A stretch of 61,953 nt of DNA, the filler included. It is 5 parts of 5 records of this genome, joined end to end, with 100 filler letters (N's around TTAATTAATTAA, not from the genome) between each part and the next. Parts side by side here need not be neighbours in the genome. Positions count along the whole stretch, not along the records: positions 24,444 to 55,393 come from SRR31156797_10705; positions 55,494 to 61,953 come from SRR31156797_10724; 3 more parts are not named here. One strand, 5' to 3'. The notes under the pieces were generated by a model. The model saw only the letters and a list, made by a program, of their open reading frames with translations, ran no database searches and was not told the DNA's origin. This document shows, piece by piece, positions 48,925-57,756 of the stretch (positions are counted from its first letter, which is position 1; every line of letters starts with the position of its first letter). The position numbers and the translations under genes are program-made.

Positions 48925-50405
48925 ATGTATTGTCGAAAAATCATGCTGTTTGCATGTTGCATGACCTGCACCACCCCTTTTGTAGCAAGTACATCTTGGT
49001 GCGAGACGGAACAGAAAAAGGAGACAACGGAAATGCAGATCATAACCGTTACAGCTAATAAAATGGAGGAAGATCTTCAGGATGTTCCTCAGAGTATTAC
49101 GGTAATTGACGAAGTTGTTCTCGATGAGAAGGGAATCAAGGAAATTCCTGACATGATAGGTGAAATACCCAATATGAACATATCAACAGGCGTCCATGGA
49201 ACCGCTGTAAGCTTCAGGGGCCTCAATCCCTCAATGTTTACCAATAATAATCCCGTGGTATTGTACATAGACGGGGTGCCAACAACCGATAGATACAGTT
49301 ACAGCGCCTCCTTTGCCAATGTTGAACGGGTCGAGGTCTTGCGAGGCCCTCAGGGAACGCTTTACGGTAAGGACTCCATAGGTGGAGTTATCAATATCGT
49401 GACCAAAAAACCGACCAATGAGTGGCAGGGAAAGATTGGCGCAGAATACGGCAGCTATAACTACATGCATGGTATTTTCAATACAAGCGGCCGGGTGCTG
49501 GAAGATACCCTTTTTTTGGGCTTGAACGGACAGCTTGAGCGGGACGACGGGTGGATAAACAATACTCATGCCGGCATGGATGAAAATGCCAACGAGTTAA
49601 AATTCCCATGGTTAACAGTTACCTGCTGTATACACCGACGGAGAAATTTATGGCGAGGCTTTCTTAGCCAAGGACCACACTGAAGACTATTGGACAGACG
49701 GGTATGCATTACCCAGTGGAGCAGACATCAGCGATTTTGAACAAGGCCCTTACGGTATGCAATTTCCTAATTTTGATCCAATGACCGACACCTATCTAGG
49801 TACATTTATGATGAATGCTGAATCGGTAACGGACAGCACTAACTATGCCGCTTTTGGTCAGGTTATGATTCCTTTTTTTAAAGACCAGTTTGAACTGACT
49901 CTGGGGGGTCGTTACCAACATATCGACAAGGAAATAGATCTGGAAACATATTTTCTGCCTATCGACCAGAGTGGCACACCCATATATTCTTTGTCCGGGG
50001 AAAAGGACTGGAATGTCTTTCTACCAAAATTTGCCTTTACTTATAGGCTGAACGAAAACTGGAATACCTATGCCTCTTACTCAGAAGGGTATATGCCTGG
50101 AGGGTTCAATTATTTTTCAACCTCCAGAACAGTTGACGACAACAGCTTTGAACCCCAGACATTCGAAAAATTATGAAATAGGGGTGAAAGGAACCACGGG
50201 GAGACTGCGAATGGCAGCGGCCCTATTCTATATGGATATCGAAGATATCCATGTCTACAAGTCGCTAGGAACCGGAATATACTATACAAACAACGCTGAA
50301 AGCGCGCACTCTCAGGGTATTGAACTGGAATTTGCATATCGCTTGATTGATGCGGAGTACGATACCTATGATGCGATGGATGGGCTAAAAGAAGGAGGAT
50401 GCTAA
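48925..50405 (+). pseudogene. TonB-dependent receptor pseudogene (frameshifts, internal deletion, truncated end)
   Basis: TonB box/plug (ITVTANKMEEDLQDVPQSI, VERVEVLRGPQGTLYG). Barrel pieces occur in different frames (LTLGGRY, YASYSEGYMPGGFN, NYEIGVKG, AHSQGIELE). Total length is only about 1.5 kb. Confidence 0.9.
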
Positions 50406-51095
50406 CCTGGTAGAATAATCGTGAAATCAGCGAGATCCCACCGGTATGCAGTATGGCCGTCCATGGTCACGCTAAATAAGCTAATCCTGCCCAGCTGGAG
50501 TGCCTTTGCTCTGCGCTGCTCATTATCTACCTCAACTCCGGCTTCGAGAACCCCTACGGTATGGCCAAGGTCGACCTCCCTTGCCATGGCATCAAGAACA
50601 GATCTGGTTTTTTCCAGTGGGCCTGCATCATAGTCGTTGACAACCAGATCGGCATGCCCGAGTGATCTTTTCCTTTCATCTATGTTATAGGGTAGGTCGG
50701 AAGCGACCGTCTGTTGAAGTCGGGCAAGGTTTTTTTCCAAAATCGGAAGAAGTTCCATCTTTATTGCTTCCATGGCTTCTGATTTTTGAGTCAGTTCGAT
50801 GATCTTTTTCTCAAGCCCTGTCCTGTACATTTCTATTTTTTTTCGTTGCCAATCCACCTGGTTCTGTTTTTTTTTTTCAACCGGGCAATTTCATCAAACA
50901 ATGAGTCTTTTCTTCCACCCAGGCCTCATGGGTAAGTTGAACTGCACGCTCTACACGGACAGTCTCTTCAGATAGGTGTTGGATTTTTTGGGCCGTTGTT
51001 GCGGTAAGGTTTGCCGGAACGAGCATGCATAATGCAAGCATACAGCACGACGTGTAGCTATTTTTTTGTAATGTCATATGCGTGTTCTCTTTCAT
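50402..51095 (-). pseudogene. DUF3450-family gene, frameshifted and 3'-truncated
   Basis: The signal-peptide piece (50877-51095) and the core piece (ASDLPYNIDER...LEKTRSVLDA...LQLGRISLF) are in different frames around an A-tract. Confidence 0.75.
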
Positions 51096-51468
51096 TCCTT
51101 CAATTGATTGATAATAATCCGTCCTTTGGTCGTTCCACTTAAATGCCCACGTTCAGTTAGTTGGCAGCACTGGCGCAGTTGCTTGTTCGGACAGTATGGG
51201 AAAACCTGAGCGGAGAATATATATACCAGAGCCACATGTACATTTGCTGTCTCCCTGTGAACTAATATTGTCGTTTTATGAACAGTGTATGAGAATTTTT
51301 TCTCCATACCAAAGAGAGGGTGAAAACCTATTTTGTGGCAAGGTGACCGGAGAGGCTGTGAACAATATTGGAAAAGAAAGAAGAAACAATACCCTAATCT
51401 GAGGAATCAATGAGCGGCAGATACCCTTTTATCACAAATTGTATGGGCAACTAGTCCCACCCCATCGT

Positions 51469-51573
51469 GTCGAAATTAGCAGGGGGAGTAGGTGGTAAAG
51501 GCCAACCCGGCTACGCGGGTGCTTCATAGCCTTGACAACCTGCTTGCCTCCTGCAAAGGAACTTAAATTTGAC
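51469..51573. repeat. Long imperfect GC-rich palindromic element (REP/MITE/IS-end-like)
   Basis: GCAGGGGGAGTAGGTGGTAAAGGC (51479-51502) pairs imperfectly with GCCTTGACAACCTGCTTGCCTCCTGC (51529-51554). Confidence 0.55.
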
Positions 51574-51674
51574 TCTCAAAACGAGCATCCCGCTGTTAGT
51601 TAAAAACTAACAATGGAGCCGTTAGTTGCTGTCATGTCAGCAACTAACCATTCGTATTTTTTTATCTAGCTATA

Positions 51675-51839
51675 GGTGCAATCCTTCAAGGTTTGGGCAC
51701 CTTGACCATGATAGACAGAGCAGATAGGGGCTGTCTGGATCCTCGAACCGGTGAGGAAATACTTGTCTCTGTAATGAAAAAAGTAAAGTTTAAACCGGCG
51801 AAGGCTCTCTGCGGGTTACTTAATAAGTGGTATGAATAA
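51675..51839 (+). pseudogene. C-terminal half of an HU/IHF-family gene
   Basis: LQGLGTLTMIDRADRGCLDPRTGEEILVSVMKKVKFKPAKAL matches the HU GFGTF...RNPRTGEEI...KFKPGKAL pattern. There is an in-frame TAA at 51645 and no N-terminal helices. Confidence 0.8.
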
Positions 51840-51893
51840 AATTGAAATGAGAGGTATTGCAGGCAGCGTGCAATTCTGCCTGCCCTGAATAGT

Positions 51894-52460
51894 TCAACGT
51901 GAGAGCAGCATGCTCATGCCCCCTTTTTTCTTCGGTGTATCAACCACTTTGAACCCTACCTTTTCCACAAGATCCCGACTTTGTGCAAATTTCTTTTTGC
52001 TGACATGAAATGGTGGTTCAACAACCAGAAGCTTGCCGCCTAGGCGTAACACCTGCATCACCTGCCGAAAGAATTGCTCCTGATCAGGAGTTTCATGAAC
52101 CATGTAATAGGCGAGGATAAAATCTGCCTGGAGCATAGGGTCAAGATCCAGGTTTTCTTGTCTGCATTGATGCAGGGATACACGGTGTGCCAAAGAGGTG
52201 TCAAAGAGTTTTTCTGCTAAGATGTCCAGCATTTCAGCTTGTAGATCAACTGCAATCACCTTTCCGTTGTCACCAACCAGTTGCCCCATGGGGATAGTGA
52301 AAAATCCAGGGCCGCAACCCAGGTCTATTACCTTATCTCCAGGAGTAATATATTCACCAATGATATTTTTCGGGGGCTGTAACAGTCTCCTGAAGTAGTT
52401 GTTGAGTGAAGATGCATGACGATGACTGCAGGCCCGATTGTTAACCTTGGAGGTTTCCAT
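51894..52460 (-). CDS. Class I SAM-dependent methyltransferase
   Basis: VIDLGCGPG, AVDLQ, MVHE and GGKLLVVE motifs. Confidence 0.93.
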   Translation of the reverse strand: METSKVNNRACSHRHASSLNNYFRRLLQPPKNIIGEYITPGDKVIDLGCGPGFFTIPMGQLVGDNGKVIAVDLQAEMLDILAEKLFDTSLAHRVSLHQCRQENLDLDPMLQADFILAYYMVHETPDQEQFFRQVMQVLRLGGKLLVVEPPFHVSKKKFAQSRDLVEKVGFKVVDTPKKKGGMSMLLSR

Positions 52461-52508
52461 GATGTTCTCTTTTCTGTTTAGTTCCTATACACTTTTCTTA
52501 AAAAAAGC

Positions 52509-52970
52509 TTACTCCGATGTCTTGATACGACGCTGTAAAAAGTCTTCTGTCTTTTCTAGGAATTGTAAAATGATGCCGATTTCGTTCTCATCAAGTTCCT
52601 GTAAATAGCGGTTAAACCCGCCGTCCATTTTTTCATGCCAGTGTTTATGCGCCCAGTATGCTGTTCTTCCCTTGGCAGTGAGAGAGACGATGGCACGAGA
52701 CAGATTATCTGGGTCGGTATTTTTCTCTGTATATCTGCGCGCGTCAAGTTTTTTGAGGCTTTGTGAAACGGCCCCTTTGGTGATGCCAAGAGCGTTGCCA
52801 ATGTCTGTTACACTGAGCCCATCAGTATTGCCTATGATTTCTATCAGGTGAATATCAGAATGGGTCAATAACTCATCAGTGCCAAAACGTTTCGGCGATC
52901 GCTCCAGCTCGAGTGTGAGTCTAATTATGGATTGAAATTTTCCCTGTATGAAAAGCAATGGATTGTTCAT
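52509..52970 (-). CDS. MarR-family transcriptional regulator
   Basis: LTHSDIHLIEIIG, LGITKGAVSQ and VSLTAKG motifs. The ATG at 52970 is preferred. Confidence 0.92.
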   Translation of the reverse strand: MNNPLLFIQGKFQSIIRLTLELERSPKRFGTDELLTHSDIHLIEIIGNTDGLSVTDIGNALGITKGAVSQSLKKLDARRYTEKNTDPDNLSRAIVSLTAKGRTAYWAHKHWHEKMDGGFNRYLQELDENEIGIILQFLEKTEDFLQRRIKTSE

Positions 52971-52977
52971 AGACAAA

Positions 52978-53005
52978 TGTGTATACCTGGTATACGCACT
53001 TGTCA
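52978..53005 (-). promoter_or_regulatory. marR promoter -35 element with adjoining palindromic operator
   Basis: Minus-strand TTGACA is followed by TGCGTATACC-A-GGTATACACA. Confidence 0.6.
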
Positions 53006-53050
53006 AGGGTTAATTAAACCTTCCCTGCTGTTGAAAAAATATAGTTACTG

Positions 53051-53130
53051 AGAAAAGGAGGGGGAGTGCGGGCAAAAGCCCTGCGCGGTATCACCTTTCT
53101 GGAAAGGTTTCCGCTTAGGGTTTCCCCCTC
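53051..53130 (-). terminator. Branched GC-rich hairpin after feoB (terminator or REP-like)
   Basis: GAGGGGGA...TCCCCCTC outer stem enclosing two inner hairpins, followed by CTTTTCT on the minus strand. Confidence 0.55.
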
Positions 53131-53152
53131 AGGTTTATCTGATGAGAGCTCT

Positions 53153-55393
53153 TTAATGGCTTGATTTGTTTTGTTCCGCGACAAAGTTCGGCAACCAGCC
53201 AACTGGTGGTGCTTCTTTACGCCATGTTGACCACAATCCAGTGATAATGGTCAACATAACCACCAGTATATAGAATACCCCCATCATTTGTATACCGCTC
53301 AATCCAAGGGCATTGCCTCCTGTATAAATAGCAGATGCAACTACAAAACCAAGGGCAGTAGGAAAGAGCATGGAAAAAACCATCCACTTGTAAGATCCGG
53401 TCTGCACTTTAATCATTATCGTCGTTGCCAGGCAAGGAGGATAGAGGGCGAAAAAAACCATTATTGCAAGGGCGTGGAGAGGTGAAAAACCACCGCCTGA
53501 CGTCTCTGCACCCATTCGTTCTTCCAGGCTTTTATTTTCGTCTGCTCCTTGTTGATACAGCACGCCTATGGTGGCAACGCTGGATTCGCGAGCGGCAAAG
53601 GAAGAAAGGATAGCAACGTTGATTTTCCAGTTAAAGCCGGCCCATTGGGTTACAGGTTCCAGCGATCTCCCAACCATTCCCAGAAAACTGGTTTCGATTT
53701 GTTCTTCCTTTACCTGACGCCGGAGTGATTTCCTCTTTGATGCCAACCCGCGTAAGGCTTTATTAATTGTTTTCGCATCCTTGTCTTTTTTAGGCTTCAG
53801 GAATTTGAAGTGATCCGGATACTTATTTTGAAATTTTGCATCCAGAGCCTTGGATGCCTTTGCACCTTTTGTATTAAGCTTAGCGGTTTTATATTCACTG
53901 TACAGGTTGACCATGTCAACCAGAGCGGATTCTTCGTGGAAACTCTCTGCATAACTGCTGGTTTTGATCTTTTTGTTGAATGTATGAACCGCTCTATCCA
54001 TTTCACCATCAAAAAAATGTTGTCTATCTTCAGTTAAACCGGGAAATTGGAGCAAGGTAAATACGCAAACAGATACAGCAATAACAATAGATCCGACTTT
54101 TTTAATGTACTGCCATGTTCTCTCTACAGCACGTTGAACGACCCCAAAAAGGGTAGGTGGGTGGTAATTGGGTAACTCCATCACAAAGGGAGCGGTTTCT
54201 TTGGTCTTTAACACCGTTGCTGTCAGCAATCTGGCAACTAAGAGCGCAACAAAAATGGTGATGGTAGAGAGAAAAAGCATTGCCCAAGATTTATATGGAG
54301 CAAAAAAAACATTGATAAGCAGGGTGTAAAAAGGGATTTTGGCCAGGCAATTCATATAGGGGACTGTCAATATGGTTGCCATTCGAGACCTTTCGTCAGG
54401 GATACCTTTGGTAGCCATTACCCCGGGAACAGCACACCCGCCGGCAAAAACACCACCCAGAATATAGGGTAGGGTTGATTGACCATGGAGTCCAAACGCA
54501 TAAAACATTTTATCAAGAATGAAGGCTATCCTGGCCATGTATCCAGAGTCTTCAAGGATTGCAATTAAGGAAAAGAGGATCAGGAAAATAGGAATATAAT
54601 TCAATAGTGCGTTTGCAGAATCGACCATCCATAAGCCCATGGATCGTATGTAGGGATCCTCTAGCAAGCCGGCATCTGGGAGGATGCCAGCAACAATGGC
54701 TCGGAACTTGGCAAGAAAAGGCCACCAGTATTGTGTTAAATCATAGCCTTTAACGATGGATAGCTGGTAGATAATAAAAACTGTTGCCACGAGAAAGATC
54801 GGTGCAGCAAAACGGTTAAGAACCAATCTGTCTATTTTTTCTGAAATATTGGCAGATTCTTTTTTTGTTTCTTTAACGCAGGTTTCAATAATGGAGCTTG
54901 CAAGACGATCACGACAGCCAACCATGTAATCGGCTATCGACATATAATGCTCTTCTTCAAATTCTCTGCATATTTTACGGGCTGCTTCGAGTTCTTGGCT
55001 TGCTGACCCAAGCCTTTCGATAACGATGCGTTCCGCCTCACTGTCACCTTCAACGAGTTTGACTGCAAGCCAGCGAACGGGGTAGTCCTCACCAAGTTTG
55101 GCATGGGCAAGTTTTTCTTGCAGACCGACTATGGAAGGTTCCAACTCCTCATAGGAAATATGAAGGGGGCTGCCTTCTTTTCTGCGTACTGTCGCAAGGA
55201 TTGCATCGCGCAATTCCTTTTTGCCCTGTCGTTTTCGACCTACAGTAGGAATTACATCCACACCTATCCTGTGCTGCAGCAAACCTATATCAATTTCCAG
55301 GCCGTTACGTTTAGCAACATCCATCATATTGAGTGCCATCACCACGGGAAAGCCCATTTCCATAACCTGGAAGGTGAAATAGAGGCTTCTTTT
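53153..55393 (-). CDS. feoB: Ferrous iron transporter FeoB (5' partial)
   Basis: G4 motif NMMD, LEDSGYMARIAF, GCAVPG, FVMELP, FAARES and LYPPC motifs. Confidence 0.96.
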   Translation of the reverse strand, partial: KRSLYFTFQVMEMGFPVVMALNMMDVAKRNGLEIDIGLLQHRIGVDVIPTVGRKRQGKKELRDAILATVRRKEGSPLHISYEELEPSIVGLQEKLAHAKLGEDYPVRWLAVKLVEGDSEAERIVIERLGSASQELEAARKICREFEEEHYMSIADYMVGCRDRLASSIIETCVKETKKESANISEKIDRLVLNRFAAPIFLVATVFIIYQLSIVKGYDLTQYWWPFLAKFRAIVAGILPDAGLLEDPYIRSMGLWMVDSANALLNYIPIFLILFSLIAILEDSGYMARIAFILDKMFYAFGLHGQSTLPYILGGVFAGGCAVPGVMATKGIPDERSRMATILTVPYMNCLAKIPFYTLLINVFFAPYKSWAMLFLSTITIFVALLVARLLTATVLKTKETAPFVMELPNYHPPTLFGVVQRAVERTWQYIKKVGSIVIAVSVCVFTLLQFPGLTEDRQHFFDGEMDRAVHTFNKKIKTSSYAESFHEESALVDMVNLYSEYKTAKLNTKGAKASKALDAKFQNKYPDHFKFLKPKKDKDAKTINKALRGLASKRKSLRRQVKEEQIETSFLGMVGRSLEPVTQWAGFNWKINVAILSSFAARESSVATIGVLYQQGADENKSLEERMGAETSGGGFSPLHALAIMVFFALYPPCLATTIMIKVQTGSYKWMVFSMLFPTALGFVVASAIYTGGNALGLSGIQMMGVFYILVVMLTIITGLWSTWRKEAPPVGWLPNFVAEQNKSSH

Positions 55394-55493
55394 NNNNNNN
55401 NNNNNNNNNNNNNNNNNNNNNNNNNNNNNNNNNNNNNTTAATTAATTAANNNNNNNNNNNNNNNNNNNNNNNNNNNNNNNNNNNNNNNNNNNN
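55394..55493. other. Artificial contig spacer
   Basis: Ns around TTAATTAATTAA. Confidence 0.98.
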
Positions 55494-55573
55494 ATTTTGA
55501 TGCATTTCTTAATACATATGAAGAGATAGAATCTGTGTTATTACCAAAAGTTAAAGAGGCTTTAGGTTTATAA
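55494..55573 (+). CDS. 3' end of a gene, probably arsenate reductase ArsC (LMW-PTP type)
   Basis: Terminal helix FDAFLNTYEEIESVLLPKVKEALGL*, directly before an ArsP-like permease. The identity comes from context only. Confidence 0.5.
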
Positions 55574-55574
55574 G

Positions 55575-56537
55575 ATGTTTTTCTATTGGGAAAAATTTGT
55601 AGACTTTTTGGTTTATGATTCAATGGGTCTTACAAAAGGAGAGCACTTAGCTGATGCACTTCACTTTTTTATTTATGATACAGTTAAGATATTTATTCTT
55701 TTAGTGACTATTATTTATATAGTTAGCTTTTTAAGAAGTTATTTCCCTGTTGAAAAAATAAGAGATTATTTAAGTGGAAAACATAAACTAATTGGTCATG
55801 TCTTTGCTTCATTTTTTGGGATGCTAACTCCTTTTTGTTCTTGTAGTGCAATTCCACTTTTTCTAGGGTTTTTACAAGCAAGAATACCTCTAGGAGTAAC
55901 TTTTTCTTATCTTATTTCAGCACCACTTAGTGATGCCGTTGTTATTGCACTTCTGTTTTCTCTTTTTGGAGTTAAGATTACTCTTCTTTATATTGGAACA
56001 GTAATTCTATTAGCAATAATTGCTGGACTTATAATAGGAAGTTTAAATCTAGAAAAAGAGGTTTTAATAGATGTGAAACCAGTTGATTCTTGTTGTGGTA
56101 GTGCAAGTGAAGAGAGTCAAAGTTTACAAAGTAGAGCAAAAGAAGCTTGGGCAGCTAGTATGGATATCTTTAAAAAGATTTATATTTATGTAATAATAGG
56201 TATAGGAATTGGAGCCTTTATTCATGGATATGTTCCAGCTGAAACTATTGTAAAGTATGCAGGTGGAGATGCTTGGTGGGCGCCACTTATGGGTGTAATA
56301 ATGGGAATACCTATGTATTCTAGTGCAGCAGGAATGTTACCACTTATTGAAGTTCTTACTTCAAAGGGAATGTTACTTGGAACTGCTCTTTCATTTATGA
56401 TGGCAGTTGTTGCACTTAGTCTTCCAGAAGCATTGATTTTAAAAAGAGTATTGTCAATGAAGCTTATTTCAATATTTTTTGGAACTGTAGGTGTGGCAAT
56501 ATTTATAGTTGGAGTTGTTTTCAACTCTATTTTATAA
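55575..56537 (+). CDS. ArsP/DUF318-family permease
   Basis: HFFIYDTVKI, TPFCSCSAIP, GIPMYS and ALSLPE motifs. Confidence 0.92.
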   Translation: MFFYWEKFVDFLVYDSMGLTKGEHLADALHFFIYDTVKIFILLVTIIYIVSFLRSYFPVEKIRDYLSGKHKLIGHVFASFFGMLTPFCSCSAIPLFLGFLQARIPLGVTFSYLISAPLSDAVVIALLFSLFGVKITLLYIGTVILLAIIAGLIIGSLNLEKEVLIDVKPVDSCCGSASEESQSLQSRAKEAWAASMDIFKKIYIYVIIGIGIGAFIHGYVPAETIVKYAGGDAWWAPLMGVIMGIPMYSSAAGMLPLIEVLTSKGMLLGTALSFMMAVVALSLPEALILKRVLSMKLISIFFGTVGVAIFIVGVVFNSIL

Positions 56538-56564
56538 AAAAGGTTATCTTTAAAAAGGAAAAAA

Positions 56565-56795
56565 ATGAAAATTGAAATTTTAGGTACGGGTTGTACAAAG
56601 TGTGAAGCGTTACTTCAAAATGTAAAACAAGCAGTTGCAGATGAAAAAATATTTGCACAAATAGAAAAAATTGATGACCCAATCAAAATTATGGAATATC
56701 AAGTTTTATCAACACCGGCACTTGTGGTAAATGGAGTTGTTAAAAGTAGTGGTAAATTATTAAATAAAGAAGAAGTAAAAGAGTTTTTAAAATAG
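56565..56795 (+). CDS. Small redox-active disulfide protein (thioredoxin-like)
   Basis: MKIEILGTGCTKC...STPALVVNG. Confidence 0.93.
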   Translation: MKIEILGTGCTKCEALLQNVKQAVADEKIFAQIEKIDDPIKIMEYQVLSTPALVVNGVVKSSGKLLNKEEVKEFLK

Positions 56796-56854
56796 CAATT
56801 GTAACTTTCACTAAGATTTAGCTATAGTTTCATAAAAATTATAAAGATAATATA

Positions 56855-57751
56855 TTGAGTGAAAGTAGATTAGGGCAGATTTATGCCATATTAGCATTTT
56901 TATTTTGGGGTGGTTTAGCCCCAATATATTTTAAACAAGTATCAAATGTAGATGCCTTTGAAATTCTTATTTATAGAATACTTTTTTCATGTGTAACACT
57001 TCTTCCTTTTTTTCTTTTTAAAAAGGAACTTCAATCTTTAATAGCCGCTGTAAAAGATTTTAAAACTATTAAATATCTATTTTTCTCAACTTTCGTTATC
57101 TCTTTAAACTGGCTAACTTTTATTTGGGCAATTGCAAACGATAGGATACTAGAGGCTTCTTTGGGGTATTATATTAATCCTTTAGTAAATGTAGGACTTG
57201 GGTTTTTAATCTTTAGTGAAAGAATGACAAGAAATCAATATATAGCAATTTTTATTGGTGTAATAGCTGTTTTATATCAGCTTTTTTCCCTTGGTTATTT
57301 ACCAATGGTTTCATTAATACTTGCTTTCTCTTTTGGTTTTTATGGAATGCTTAGAAAAAAAGCAAATGTTGGTTCTATAGCAGGGCTTTTCATTGAAGTA
57401 GTTATTCTTTTACCTTTTGCTTTAGCATATCTATTTTATTTATATCATTATGAAGTGGTAGCCTTTTTTGAATCAACTTCTTTTTATACTTCATTTATGC
57501 TTGCTCTTAGTGGATTAGTTACTGTTATTCCTCTTTTATTATTTAATGGAGCAGCTACAAGAATGAAGTTAACAACTATTGGTTTCTTCCAATATATAGG
57601 ACCTACTGTTGCATTTTTCATAGCAATTTTTGTTTACAATGAAGAGTTTAACTTTGATAAGCTAGTAACCTTTATACTTATTTGGATAGCATTTTTTGTG
57701 TTCTCTTTAGATACAATAAATAAATTAAGAAAAGGTACAAATAAGAAGTAA
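56855..57751 (+). CDS. rarD: EamA-family transporter RarD
   Basis: NWLTFIWA, EASLGYYINPL and GFFQYIGPT motifs. TTG start. Confidence 0.92.
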   Translation: MSESRLGQIYAILAFLFWGGLAPIYFKQVSNVDAFEILIYRILFSCVTLLPFFLFKKELQSLIAAVKDFKTIKYLFFSTFVISLNWLTFIWAIANDRILEASLGYYINPLVNVGLGFLIFSERMTRNQYIAIFIGVIAVLYQLFSLGYLPMVSLILAFSFGFYGMLRKKANVGSIAGLFIEVVILLPFALAYLFYLYHYEVVAFFESTSFYTSFMLALSGLVTVIPLLLFNGAATRMKLTTIGFFQYIGPTVAFFIAIFVYNEEFNFDKLVTFILIWIAFFVFSLDTINKLRKGTNKK

Positions 57752-57756
57752 CCATT

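Noticed and set aside
51594..51648. Integron attC site
   Set aside because: The arms are in GTT...AAC order rather than RYYYAAC...GTTRRRY, and there is no cassette array or integron integrase.
55494..56795. ArsC-like end, ArsP permease and small thioredoxin as a novel system
   Set aside because: This is a familiar arsenic-resistance gene arrangement, and it is cut by the contig edge.
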